64,000 nt of DNA. It comes from the human T2T-CHM13v2.0 reference genome, Homo sapiens. Shown here in pieces: positions 13,950 to 30,259 of this stretch. A model generated the notes under the pieces. The model was given only the letters and a program-made list of their open reading frames with translations, did not search any database and had not been told where the DNA came from. Both the position numbers and the translations under genes were made by a program. How positions within the stretch are numbered: the stretch's first letter is position 1; each line of letters opens with the position of its first letter. The stretch is from assembly GCF_009914755.1 (NCBI RefSeq), contig NC_060928.1. The stretch is one strand, 5' to 3'.

Positions 13950-16825
13950 TGCTCTGGCCATCCTTGCCCTGAACCCAGCCTTTTATCTGTCCCTCATTTC
14001 CCAAACCTTTGCATGTTATCCTCTGGAACTGCCACTCCAAAACCTGCAAAGCCCCCATATCCTCAGGCTCTTCTCAAAATATTCCTTTTCTCCAGGTTTT
14101 AATTGACCTCTCGTTTGTCTCTAAAAGACACCAGTCTCTCAAGTTGTGGTTATTTTCTCACCATCTTATGAACCTCATGGTCAAGACAGTAAATTGCCAT
14201 TGAGTTTGCTCTCCTTTAAAGTTCTCATATGATCACTTCTCTTTTTGAAGCACACGTCATTACATTTACCACCTTCTCATTGTTAGCAGCAACTGACATC
14301 CTGCTCCCTTGTCTTTCACTGAAGATTCTGGCACCAGGCTCACGGTCTTCTTTTCTAACCCAAACCATGCTATTTATCTGTCCAATGACAATATTCATCT
14401 TAATGATCCATCATCAGCATGGCCTCCATATCTCCAATGCTCTTCCTGCCTTTTCTGCTTCAACCATCCACCCAACAGTCACAGCTTGGAGTTGCCATTT
14501 TCTCTAATGACCACACTTCCAAATCCACCTCTATTATCCAACTACATACTCTATACCATTTTAAAGACACACTTGTTCTTCCCAGTCCTTTGTTCTCTCT
14601 ACTGTTTCCTGATGCATAAGCCTTTCACTTACTTTGCTTCACTTCTTATCAAGCTGACTATCCATGGGCTTTAACTTTAATAACATACTTTGTGATGTCC
14701 CTTCTTCTGTTTTTCTCATTCCATTTGGATGGCTGAACCACAAGCCTGAATGAAACCATTGCACATCTGAATTCTGTGTCTTCTCCAGAGTAGCAGAGCT
14801 TTGCATAAGAAAGTGTCACAACAGGTAACATTCATTCGATTATAAATTAGTAATTCCCAAACTTAAAAAAGCCCTAAAACACTTTCTGTAAGCCTTACTT
14901 TGTCTCTTTGAAAAACTCTCCAATTCACCACAACCATGTGAAAACTTTTCAAGCCTCATCAAATTTCTGACACCCTCCTACCTCTCCAAATCCCTCTCCG
15001 AATCCAAATCTCCATATTCAGCAGATGATCTTACCTCTTACTTTACAAAGAAAATAGAGGCTCTCAGATGGAAATGTCTTTATCGTCCTAATGCTCTCCC
15101 CAATATTCGTACAAACCATCTTACAAACCAACTTGCATATGCACCTACACTTTCTGTCATCTCTTCTACTACAATAAAGAGGTTGTCCCATGCCTATGTA
15201 AAGCCATGCTCACCACCTGAACTACAGCTTTCATCTCATCCTGCATCCTGGACATCATAAACTAGATGATTCCTTTGCAGAATTACATATTCAACCTCTT
15301 CCTTTTACATGATTCCTTCCCATCGTATTTTAAACATTCACAAGTTTGTGCAATCAACATATGAAAACAAACCTAAATCAATAATTTTTTAAAAATACCG
15401 ATCCTGTGTTCTCCTCCAGCGAATGCCTTCTTTCTTCCATAGCCCAATTTTTTTAAAGGAGTTATCTATACTTATAGTCTGTATTTTCTTTTCTCTAGAG
15501 TATGCCAATCTGGCTTCAGTTCCCAATAGTCCACTGAAATAGTTTTTTTGTGAGGACGGTGCTGACTTTACATCACCGAATCCAATACATATTTTTTACT
15601 CTTCTTACCTGACCTCTCATCAGCACTCTGTAATGCTGACCCAGTTATCCTTTTGAAGTAATCTCTTTTATAAACTTCCATGTCACAGCCCTCTCCTAGT
15701 GTTCTCATTCTCCAGCTGATTGTTCTCTGCCTATTGTAAAGTTCTAGTCTACCCTTCACTACTTGGCCATTCAAATTTGAAATTCCCTAGACTTTTTTCT
15801 TGGCCTTTTCTTGTTTTATCCTCTTTCACTGGGAAAAATCATTCATGCTCACAGATTCAATGATGTACTCATATGTATCTTCAACCCAGACAATTCTTCA
15901 AGTTGCAAATCATTTATTCAAAGTCTAGTTACATCTTACTTTGGATATTCAAAAGCCATCAGTTTTACTATCTTTCTCACATTCTATCCAAACTTAATTC
16001 CAGACTATTGTTCTTTATTTCTAATAATAATAACCCATTCATCAAAGTCTACTAGTTGGAAAGCTACGGTGGTTTTAGAGCCCTCTCTCTCATTTTACAT
16101 TCAATCCATCACTAAATCTTATAAAGTTGACTTTATAATTTTCATATGCAAACAATTTTTTTTCCATCCCTAAACACTACTCCCATGAATTCTAGTCCAT
16201 GTTATTATCATCTCTTTCCTGGGATACTGAAATAGCCTTCTAAGTTCTACCCACATCTGATCTTGTCCCATTTATAGTGTGGGCTGAGCTTTTAAAAATG
16301 CAAACATAATGTAATCTTGCTAACTACCTGCTTAAAATTCCTTATTGTTCTTAAGATAAAAAGTAAGCTTGTTAACTTCCTCTACACTGTCCCGCATGGT
16401 CCTGGCTCCACCTCTCTAACTTCAGCTCGCACTGCACTTGATCAACTTGTTCTGTTCCAGTCTCCCTGGCCTTCTAGGCTTTTATACACACTTTAATCTT
16501 TGCTTATAGTATGCATACCCTTGCACATGATTTCCTCTTTCTGGGGCATGCTTCCCTCCCTCCATTGCTCAACTAACTCTTACCCTTCAAATCTCAACAC
16601 AAGTGGTCACTTCTTCAAGACGGCCTTATTTTCTAATTGTATTCACTTTTGGCCCAACTACCTCTCCTCTCTAGGATCCACTGCAATTTCAATTTTATAC
16701 TTGTGTGGGTTTGATTATTTAATGAATGGCCATCTCTCCAATTAGACCATGACATCAATAACCATGTATGGTTATTGCCTGCTAGAGGATTTTCAATAGT
16801 AGGCATTCAGTAAATATTTGTAAAA
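13950..16825 (+). mobile_element. Long L2 LINE relic (~2.9 kb, ORF2 remnant to 3' end)
   Basis: C/T-rich strand, L2 motifs (tcagcagatgatcttacctcttacttt, tccactgaaa, ctgacctctcatcagca) and terminal gtaggcattcagtaaatatttg. Confidence 0.75.
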
Positions 16826-17974
16826 CATTAAAGACAAATAAATTTCAATCATCCAGATTGATACATTTGTGGAAAGTAAAATCACTAACACTATGAGGCA
16901 AATTAAAAAATCCTATGAGACAAAAATTAAAAAGTTCAAAGAACATAAACAAAAAATTAATCATAAAAATTTTGTTAGCAGAATTAGAAAGTGACTGCTT
17001 TAATTAGTTTTTAGGTTCTAATTTTTTATTTTCCAATTTCATTTAGAAATGATTAATTCCACAAATTAATGAAAAGCTGTGTTTTGTAGAATAAAAGACC
17101 ATGAAGGTGGAAAATTACAGCTTCAACTCAAATCTCTTACATATTGGCAACGTCCTGGGAAAAGAGGGTTTTTTTTTTTTGTAAAAGAGAGCTCAGAGAA
17201 AACAGACTACTCAATATAATCACACTTCCATGGGAAAATACTATCTGTGGATTTGGTGTCACAAAACACAAACTCTTTTGACAAAAAAAGCATAGAGTAA
17301 GTTTTCCTCTGTAACGTCACCTATACCACTGGAAGCAGATATAAAAGGAAATTCACGGTTTTATGAGACAGTGTAATAAGAAAAAATTAATAAAAGCATA
17401 ACTTTGCATGATTTTGTTAAGTTTTGCCAAAACTTTTAATTACTTTTTATTTATCCTGTTTTTAAACCATGACCTTAACTTTGAATTTCTTAGAGACACA
17501 TAATTTGCCATTTGATTTCTAAGTTGAGAACCTAAAGGGAGCTGTAAGAAAAGAGACAAAAGGTTTGTATACTTTTTTTTAATGAACATTCACTCTGCAC
17601 ATTGGATCACATAATTCCTTTATTACATAGAAAACTCTAAAAGCTACCTGCTCTGTAATTATTTCTACTTTGTGCAACATGCATTCACAAATAAGAAAAT
17701 GCAAGAGCAATTGTTAAAAACACCACTGCAATCTATGTATTTGCCAATTATATGAATAGTTTTGCAAAAAAGAAGTACTAAATTTTAAGCCAGTTGTTTA
17801 AGGTATAGAGGTCATAGGTGTCATTGAGAATATAATAAAATGTGACTCCTTCCTCTGGAAAAGTACACTTCACATACGATTCTTTTTAAAAAATAATTGG
17901 GACTATTTTAATGTTTGATCATTCAACATTTGATTCTGTACTGCACATTAAACAAAAAATTTATTTTAAAAATT

Positions 17975-18223
17975 AATTTTGTTTTTTATTGGTGATATTA
18001 GATGTGCATATTTTAGGGTAATGTAATAATTTGATACAGTCATACAATCAAATAGGGGTCAGTGGGATATCCACCACCTTATTTATCTTTATGCTAGAAA
18101 CATTCAAACTCTTTTCTTTTAGCTGTTTTGAAGTGTACAATCAATTTATGTTAACTATACTCACCCTACTGATCTATTGGAAAACCAGGAGGTCTTGTTT
18201 CTAAGTGTATATTTGTACCCATT
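17975..18223 (-). mobile_element. L1MA-type 3'UTR fragment
   Basis: aacattcaaactcttttcttttagctgttttgaagtgtacaat...gttaactatactcaccctactg motif. Confidence 0.7.
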
Positions 18224-19607
18224 TACGTACAATTCTACAGAAAATGTTAGGTGATTTGTAGCACTCTGAATTCCACTCATAGATATGGGTAGAGAAACCC
18301 TGTTATAAACTGTAGACTCTAAGACCATAGCAGCTTGTTAGAGTCCTCCTCTCTTTTCCACACGCTGTTAAATCCATTATGCTAATAACACAAACAGGCT
18401 TACTTCATTTTGTTTTGTCTCATACCACCCATATCAACATCAGTTACAAAACTAATACAATTTTGGCCTAACAAAATTGGGAGAGTTAGGGATGAATGAA
18501 GAATTTTCTTTATATTTCCACATTAGCTTAGATGTCCATAAGTATTCTGATATCTGACATTTGTGTCAGAAAAACAATAGTTATACAATTCTAATTGCTT
18601 TTCCAGGTATCTTGTATGGACTACCTCACAGCTACCCCAGTAAGGAAGCTATAGATGAAAAAACTAAATATAAGAGAATATGAAACAACTTGGCCTGGAT
18701 CAGGTAGTTGATATATGATAGAATCATAATTTGTAAATCTAATCTAATAAACTCGAAACACTTTGCCCAAATCAAACCTAATAAACTGTGATCAAATCTA
18801 ATCAACTCTAAATACCTTGCCTTGTCCACTACTTGAATTTTATCTAATGAAAGACAGAAGGTATGTATTAGAATATTAGAGATTTAAAAGAACTATTACG
18901 TATAATTTGACAAGAAAAACAATTTCCTAACCAAATTCAGGTTATCATAATGTATAAACCATTATTGTTTTAAAAATCATATTTGTGGTTATTAAATTAT
19001 TCTTAGATTATTAACTGAGTTGATAATGTTCTATCCTGGTTCACCCATTTTATCACTAACATTGCTAAAGCATAAACATTTACAAAGTAGAATGATCAAA
19101 AGTAGTAATTAACGTATGCTAAAATAAACTAACCTACAGAAAATTAATAAGAATAATCAAATAATGTTGAGCCTCCAAGATAGTTATTTTTTTCTAAATT
19201 TAATAAAACCATAGTCAATGTGCTTTGAGACAAAATCGATGTAAAATTAAGTTATGTTAGTTTCAATAATAGAAATTGAGAAAAAGAAATTATAGCCAAT
19301 TTAGAGAATATATTACCTTTTTATAAAAATTTAGAAAGTACAAATCCCCTATATATCATTCAAGTTTTTAATTAAAAGATGGGGGTGTAATATCACAATA
19401 TCTAGAAAAGCAGAAATAAAGCCAAGTAGCAACTTGAGGGGATGGAATCACAAAATAAAAATCATATAAAAATGATCAACTTAGACAATTAGTGCATATA
19501 GTCTGCTTTTGATAATTCCAATATACACTTTAATGCCATCTTTCAAAGCTCATATTTATGGTTATTTATTTCAAATTAAGGTTTTAAAATGTATATACAT
19601 AAATTAA

Positions 19608-21100
<1,493 letters not shown>

Positions 21101-21904
21101 ATTTACAGAATTATTAATCATTTTAATTATTTCTCACCCAATTTTTTTTTTCTTAAGAATGTTTACTCATTTTGGAATTTCAGTGAAATGGTAAGATAAA
21201 TCAGCTACTAGCAATTCATTTTTCACCTCTCCCTATATGAAAACAGGCTTGATGGAGCTAATTATTCATGGCTATCCAGATATTGAATGTACTTTCCTAT
21301 ACCTACCCCCTACACCCAGTGCAGAGCAGAGGAGTAAATTGGCTATTGTCATACAACATGAGTAAAATATTTTTGGTCAGTCATTGAACCTGTCCTCTGT
21401 ATCACTGTTAGATGCTTAGTTTGTCATGCAACTTTTATAGACCTCGAATACTGATAAACTCGCTGATAAATAACATTGTTTTAGGAGTTATTAAAAATAA
21501 CCAATGAAATATTTTATTGTTTAATTTACTTACCTATTAATTTACCTAGTATAATTTATTTAGATTATTTTCTAGTAATTTAACAATTTTTGTAGAGTAA
21601 TTTGTAATTTTTAGTGCAATCTGACATTGGCAATTTACTTGCCCACTGTAGATCCAACAGTTATTAAGATACCTTTGGAGGGTTTAAGTGGTCAGCAAGT
21701 ATGAATAAAGACATTTCTTCCTTTTGGTTTAGAAAGAAGTCAATGTAAGAAGAAAAACCAAAAATAATTATATTTAAAATTCACTTAAAAAATTTTACTT
21801 TGGATAAAGTGACTTACAAAATTCATAGTTATGAACATAAATATCCTGAAGCCGTCCATGAATAGGTTTTATTGAACTACAGAATATTAAATTGATTTTG
21901 CTAA

Positions 21905-22150
21905 CCTAGTAAATATTTATTGAGGCTCTAAACATGCGCTGTATTAAGCCCTACAGACAGTATTTAGCAAAACCAACATACACTGTACTTCATAGTGTTC
22001 ATAGGGGAAACAGACAAAATAAAAGTAGATAAGTATATTAATTAAATGATTATAAAATATGATGAATGCTGTAAGGAAACAAGTGTTGAAGTACAGAGTA
22101 ATAAGAGAGGACTTGCTTTGAAAGGGTAGAAGGTGACTACAAAGATATAA
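21905..22150 (-). mobile_element. L2 3' end fragment
   Basis: aaatatttattgagg...ggggaaacagacaa motif. Confidence 0.55.
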
Positions 22151-23384
22151 CATTTATGCTCATCTCTGCATATTCATGGATAATTCTGGCAGGGGCTAGA
22201 AAGTATATAGGGTTATCCCCAGCAGAGATAAAAATTTGGTAAAATAAGGCACAACAGAGAAATAATATTAGCAAATCTGACTTACAAATGACAATACTGA
22301 GGTATTTTCCACAATTTCCACAAAGAAAAAAGCTGGGTTAAGTTTATGGTTTCCTTAAATTTATCTCTGCGCAATTAACGACTACAAAATATGGTACAGC
22401 CTAAAATTGTATGAACTTATGTTAACCTTTGCATATACCAGCAGTTTCCTTTTTAAAATAAAAAAAAAAAGTAATGAAAACATCTTATTTTTTTGTGTGT
22501 GACAGGTAGCAATGTCTCCTTTTATCTTCGGCTGAAAATAAGATTTGTAGTGATATAGAACTGTTTACATTTGAACCTCTCTGAAACATATTGATGTTTT
22601 ATGGAGCTTTAGTTGCCTTTCAATCATCAGATATTTGACCAACATATTGACTTTTTCTCCATGGGATTAGGAGAGTCAGGGATAAAGAACGAACCATTTC
22701 AAAGACTGAAGTCAAGCTGAAGACTACAGCACATGACACTTCCGTAGGAGATTATTCTAACCAATGACATTATGAAAATAAAATCTTAGGTCAAATGATT
22801 TCTTTAAATAGCTGGATTAAATTTCTATTTTATTTGACATAAGATATAAATTTTCTGAATAAATGTGTTTCACAAAATAAGTGATTAGTGTATTGCTTCT
22901 AAGATTGAATAAAATGTTTCCTATTAGACTGTAAGTTCCTTTAAAAAGCAGAGCAACCCTCTGTGTAGCTTAGCCCAATGCCTGTCACATGGTTAGCATC
23001 AATAAGACATGGCTGAACAGAAAAAGTCCTTTCCACTTATTGCAGTCAATGAAGTTAATCCTAGATATACTCCAGGGATGCTTTGTAAGTTACAGGTAAT
23101 ATTATTAATTCTTTGTATACTATGTATACACTGAACCTTATTTTGCAATTTTGCAAAACTGAAGTTGAATGGACCATGCAATTTGACATGCTGCCAATGA
23201 AAACAAGACCTTTCTTTTTCTTGACGGGAAACTTTCAAACCAATAGAGCTAAGGAAGCAAAAATCTAAAGTAAAATCAGGTTTCAGTGTAAATGTGCCCA
23301 TAGACTGCATGTTATGCATGCTGATTCAGTTGATTTAAGATGACGGACAGATATGAACATCCTCCCTCCAAAAGTGTGCGCAGG

Positions 23385-23388
<4 letters not shown>

Positions 23389-23434
<46 letters not shown>
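23389..23434. repeat. (CA)23 microsatellite
   Basis: Direct reading. Confidence 0.97.
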
Positions 23435-23437
<3 letters not shown>

Positions 23438-23577
23438 AGACACACCTTGTCATTCTCCTCCTCCTCAGCACTTCTGATGTTCATCCTGGTTGAAAACGTA
23501 TGCTTTTGGTTTACTTTAAAAATGTTCTTTGTTTAATAGTTGCTCTTCACTTTATAGAAGTATCTTGAATGACACTA

Positions 23578-23658
23578 TTAGATTGGTGCAAAAGTAATTG
23601 AGGTTTTTGCCATTACTTCTAACGGCAAAGTACTTTTAACTACTTTTGGACCAACCTA
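23578..23658. mobile_element. MADE1 (Hsmar1-derived MITE)
   Basis: ttagattggtgcaaaagtaattgaggtttttgccatta...tacttttggaccaaccta, an ~80-bp palindromic element flanked by TA. Confidence 0.9.
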
Positions 23659-25849
23659 TAGATGTGTGAAATGAAGCATGAAAAACAACTGTTTTTCAAC
23701 TGATTTTCATAACTATTTTTACCTTTTACATAATTCTTTCTTTCCTCATTTTTGGATGAAACCTAATGCTTCAGTCATTATAGACTTTTGTTCTGTGATT
23801 GTCTTTCTTATATGCACAAGACTTCTAAATAATGTAGCTGAATGGGGGGCACATTTCAAAGGACTAATGCTAATATTTTAAAGAAGTTAAAGTAAAAACA
23901 TAGTCATGAATGTGTTAAGAGTTCTTTTCGGAAAGTAAGTCATACTGATACCAAAAAAGGAAAAAATAAGGAGGTATTTACATTAAAAATAGAAATAAAT
24001 ATGATTTCAAGTTTCACACACACATACACGCAAAGCCTCAAAAACAACTTAAAAGGAAAAATTGTTGGTTGGAAAAACATCTCATTGTGGACCATAAAAC
24101 AACATTTAAATTTCTTCGTCAACCCTGAACATTGGATATTCTGGCCATGTAAGTCGGTGTTGTATAACAGGAGAGTGTAAGAAAAAGCAAGTTCAATGGG
24201 CTCTAGACATATTTTGAAGGTAAATTGATTAGAAACAATTATAACTTCTTTTTGAATCTTGTGCTAAATGAAAGCAGTCTGCAGGTTCTAGACAGAGGTA
24301 TAGAGCTGTTTGTCCCCTTGATTGAAGGTCTCTGCTGCTGGTAAGGTCATTCTCTTCAAATGAACATTCAGGTTCAGGAGAGATTCACGAGGGGCAGAGT
24401 TAGGGAAGGGCACTTGGCCAGCCAGGCTGAGCATCTGAACCAACCCTGTCAAGTCAGGGGGATGATGAATATCACAGCCAGAAATCCTTCACACCCAAAA
24501 GGGCAAGGGGAAAGAGAACTCAAAAATAAATATATATCTTTAATCAGTATGATTTGTGACCATTAGGTACATACTTTGTCACTCAGTGTTTATATGCCGT
24601 GGATTTTCTAAAAAGCTACTTTACTCAGAGAAGCTCAACACAGTTTGTGGAACACCACCACATCTTGAAAAGGGCCGGATGGTAAGAACTTTTCCATGCC
24701 TATTCTGCCATATAGAGACACAGAAAGACTAGAGGTACTGTTTTAGTTAATATAAAAACCAAAATTCAAGGTGCTTGACTATCATCTCATAAAACCTATT
24801 ATAAACACCCTCTATCACTAGCATATTTATGACTATCCTATTTTGACTTATGCACTTTAATATATGCCAATTTAAGTCACCCACAGAGCAAGAAACGTCA
24901 AAATTCAGGAGTTGCCAAATCTCCTTACTGCTCTTTCAGCACCACACAGTATCCCTCTCCCTGAATTTCTACAGAAGTGCACGCAGGCTCAGGGTAAAAG
25001 GAAGACAATATTGAAGACTGCCTTCCCCCTGGACTGGATGATATGTACGCAAATATTTAAAAAAATAAATAACACTTAAATTTGTAAACACTGTTTCTGC
25101 CAGCATTACTTTTGGCAATGCAAATGTATATTATGAATTTAGATTTTTCTTCACAGTTCTGTACTGAAGGGAATGTGAACAGCTATGTGAAAATTAATTA
25201 GGCAAACAATTGGACGGCAGGCCTCACTGTATACAGGAGATAAGCTTCTCACCTTTCCCAGCAGACAGGTTAATAACTTGGCCTTGCCTGGCTTCCTAAG
25301 TTTCTGAAACTAATTTTTCAAATAGCAGATAGATATTATCTGGCCAGTCCAGTTTTTGGTTTAGTTTCTAAAACGTATTGTGTATACCCTGGAGCAATGT
25401 TGAAATGTCAGGATTTTGTGGGTAAATTGTTGTGAACAATTTAATTAAAGCCTCCAAAAGCTTAACTCAAATGTTCAAAAAGTTCTGAAATAGGATTCAA
25501 CTTACATTTAGCTTTATTCTCTTATCTGCTTTAGCGTTTGAAGAATAAATGCAGACTAGATCAAACAACACCTAGTATACTTGAAATTTTTCATAGATTT
25601 CCTAGGAGTATTTCATCTCTCTTTTTACGCTGCTTTTTTCTTAAATATATATTAAACATATAATTGTATAATTACATAAATTATATGTAAATTCATATAT
25701 TTTATAAATATATATTAAAGATATATGCACGTATCAGCACAATCATAGTACATTGATGGTTCAAATTGGACTAAAGGAGGCAACTCTCTACCTGAAACAA
25801 AGAAAATATGGAAAGGAGAGGAAAGAAATGTTGGGGCTCTCAGAGAAGT

Positions 25850-26570
25850 AGCGCAAGAGCTGGGGTGGACAGGATGCTGAGGACCCTGCACTGGCTCACT
25901 CATTCTCTATTCCTCCCTCCTTCCAGATTTGGAAAGGTAAAAACTGCTTTTCTCAGATTTCCTTGTAGCTAGGGTTCTAGGTGCAAATTAAGTCCTATTA
26001 ATTATATGCTCTCCAGCTGGCCACAGTGGCGCATGTCTGTAATCCCAGCACTTTGAGAGGCCGAGGCGGGAGCATCACTTGAGCCAGCGGTTCAAGACCA
26101 GCCTGGGCAACAGAGTGACACCCCAGTCTCTAAAAAAAGAAACAACAACAACAAAAAGAAAAATTTTTAAAAATAAAATTAAAAACAAAGTATATGCTCT
26201 CCTGTGATTTGGAAAAGCTGAGATGAGTTGAAATGAAGAATTCTTTCTCTTGCTGTGTGGCAGCTGCTGCTGGAAACCAAGGCTATGAAAATATAAGGAC
26301 GCCTACCAGCAACACTGAAGCATGTTATCCAGTCTTTTAGATTCTGAGATGCAGTTTTGGTAGTATTGGTGGGGGCTCTTGTTCCAAGCATCGTCCTAGT
26401 AATGTTCTCAGAGTTAATACTTTCCTTGGTGGGTCAATAGGTATAGTTCTGCGAGTCTTTACAAAAAGCTCAGCCGAAAATTTCTTCTGTCTTTCCTATG
26501 GCTAAATTCTCTTCGTAACTGACTCCTGGTGTAGTTTCTGTTTTCTGCACTGAACCCTTAGTGACAAAGG
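25850..26570 (+). mobile_element. LTR33-like (ERVL) LTR interrupted by an Alu monomer
   Basis: tttctcagatttccttgtagctaggg motif and 3' gtttctgttttctgcactgaaccct..gaca. Confidence 0.55.
26015..26190 (+). mobile_element. Free left Alu monomer (FLAM_C-like)
   Basis: Single monomer with A-rich tail. 12-bp TSD tatatgctctcc at 26003-26014 and 26191-26202. Confidence 0.9.
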
Positions 26571-26684
26571 GAGTGGGGGCTAGATGCCTCTGAACTGAAT
26601 TTTCTCTCTTTGGAACCAAGGAAATTGCCCAGGTGGAACCCTCAAAGAATTGCCAGGTTAGAACCAAGTCTAAAGTCCAAGATT

Positions 26685-27001
26685 GGCCAGACACAGTGGC
26701 TGACACCTATAATCCCAGCACTTTGGGAAATGGAGGTGGGAGGGTAACTCGAGGCCAGGACTTCAAAATCAGCCTGGGCAACATAGTGAGACCTTGTGTC
26801 TACAACAGTAAAAGTAAAAATAAATTATCTGTGCACTATGGTATGTGCCTGTAGTCCCAGCTCCTCAGGAGTCTGAGGTGGGGGGATTGCTTGAGTCCAG
26901 GAGTTGGTGGCTGCAGTGAACTTTCATTGTGACACTGTACTCCAGCCTGGAGTAAAGCTCCATCTGTTAAAATTAATTAATTAAATTTTAAAAAATAAAA
27001 A
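26685..27001 (+). mobile_element. AluJ
   Basis: Diverged dimer. TSD taaagtccaa at 26671-26680 and 27002-27011. Confidence 0.9.
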
Positions 27002-27659
27002 TAAAGTCCAAAGTTGGGATAGTCACTAAATCCAAATCCAAACAGAAGTAAAGGAAAATCAAAAGCCAAATTGCCAAATCAAATGTTTGAGGAAACAGGA
27101 AAGGCAATTCATGACAACATTGGAAGATAATAGAAATGGGTACAGAGAAATTTGTCAGCTGAAATTCAGCATTTCCAATGTCATTTTTGTAGTGTATGTG
27201 GTAATTCTTTGGTGTGGCAGAGCTTGAACCACTTAAGGGATTCATGACTAGTGGATAGGGAGCTTGAGTGAGAAGGTCCTCATACATGCACCACACTTAA
27301 CAAGCTTGGAGTTTGTGTTATAGAGAGTGGCAGGGCCATTGATGGCTCTAGAGTGCTGGGTTCCATCTATGATTTGGAAAGAAAACTTTCAAGCAAAGCT
27401 CAAAACAGATTAGAACTAGTAAGACTTCAAAGTAGATAAACAAATTAGGAAGCTATTACGATGAAGGCATGACTAAGTCCAGAAAAATTGAAAAGGTATA
27501 TAAGGCAGATTTAACAAGACAACGAGTAAGAGATTGGAGGTACATGACAAAAGGAGATGTCGTTTCTAATTGGGGAAAACAGACAAATTGTGATGCCCTC
27601 TATGGAGATATAGAATATGTGCAGATTCATGAGAATAAAGAACAAATTAGGACTCATCA

Positions 27660-27870
27660 AGGTCAAAAGTCAGAAATGCAAGATTGCAATGCTAGTCTTT
27701 TCTCCGTGAGTTTTGCAACCCTTAATAAATCCCTTCATTTCAAGCTTCTATTGTTTGTATAATGGAGGTAATAATATCTATCCTCCACAATGCATGTAAT
27801 GGGGATGAATATAAAATGAGCTACTGGGACAGTGACATGACAAATTAAGTTGCTTTTGATTGTTATTATA
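27660..27870 (+). mobile_element. MIR fragment
   Basis: tgtataatggaggtaataatatcta core-like motif. Confidence 0.5.
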
Positions 27871-27965
27871 ACTCATTTAGCAAAACTAGAAAGGTCTAGT
27901 AAAAACTCTAAAAACTTGACAAATTAAATTAGTTTCTTTCATCTAGCTCAAAGTTGGATCCAAAA

Positions 27966-29080
<1,115 letters not shown>

Positions 29081-29838
29081 TAGGTGCTCTGGGATGCTTT
29101 TGTGTGAAAAAATGAATAACGTGGTGTGGGGCATGTCATTTTATTTAGAAAGACAACTGAAGAAAGTGGATGTAATTCAGAGATCACAATGGAAATGGGG
29201 ACAATTACTGTGGAATAATGAGTTTCAGTTTATTGTGCACACCCTTGTGTAACATCAATCAAAGCTTTTCTGAGGCAATTAGAAGAAAGGAGAACAGAGT
29301 GAACTACGATTTCATCATCAGTCCATGTCTACAAATGAGCAGCAGTGCCAATGGAGAATCCTGTCTTTATTTTTCAGCCATTCTGACAAGCAAAAAGGCA
29401 ATGGATAAAAGCCATTTTATGTGTTGTCTTGTTATATTTAAAAAACAAATGCAGTTGCAACATGGTTTTGTTGCAAGGAGAAAGAGACAATATGTTCTCT
29501 AACAAAAATAAAACAAGACAAAAAATTGTACTTGTAAATCAGCACCTGAGCTAATTTCATGTTTGACACAGAAATAAAAGCATATGAAAAATCATCTTGT
29601 TTTGTGGTACTTTGAAGTTGTAACTTTAGGAGACTAGCAGCAGGAATTGGGTGCCTGATAAAAACCTGCCAAAAAAAAAAAACATTACTAACTGAGAAAT
29701 TGTGTAGAATGCTCTTTGTCCTTCCAAATAATTTGGTGATATTTATAATTACAAAAGGACATACATAATTTATTATATTTTCTCAATCTCTATAAAGCAT
29801 TATAAGAAAATAAAGCTGTTTTTCACATATTGGATCTT

Positions 29839-30143
29839 TTTTAAAATTTATTATTATTATACTTTAAGTTTTAGGGTACATGTGCACAATGTGCAGGTTA
29901 GTTACATATGTATACATGTGTCATGCTGGTACGCTGCACCCACTAACTCATCATCTAGCATTAGGTATATCTCCCAATGCTATCCCTCCCCCCTCCCCCC
30001 ACCCCACAACAGTCCCCAGAGTGTGATGTTCCCCTTAGGGACATGGATGAAATTGGAAATCATCATTCTCAGTAAACTATCGCAAGAACAAAAAACCAAA
30101 CACCGCATATTCTCACTCATAGGTGGGAATTGAACAATGAGAA
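29839..30143 (-). mobile_element. Very short 5'-inverted L1PA2-like element; 3'UTR 29839-30036 (-), inverted segment 30037-30148 (+)
   Basis: Orientation switch at ..gatgttcccctt|agggacatggatg.. Perfect 15-bp TSD cacatattggatctt at 29824-29838 and 30144-30158. Confidence 0.95.
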
Positions 30144-30259
30144 CACATATTGGATCTTAAGTCAATCCCTTTATAATTATACCAGGGCCTTTTAGGCATA
30201 TACTCAGATCAGTGCAGCTTCCTGGTTGACCTATGTTATTATTAGAGATGCACATAATT

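Noticed and set aside
14229-14674. C/A/T-rich hydrophobic ORFs resembling a NUMT
   Set aside because: No recognisable mitochondrial protein motif. The composition and motifs fit L2 ORF2 remnants.
24384-24400. CTCF-like tcacgaggggcag
   Set aside because: It is one base short in the G-run relative to the CTCF core spacing.
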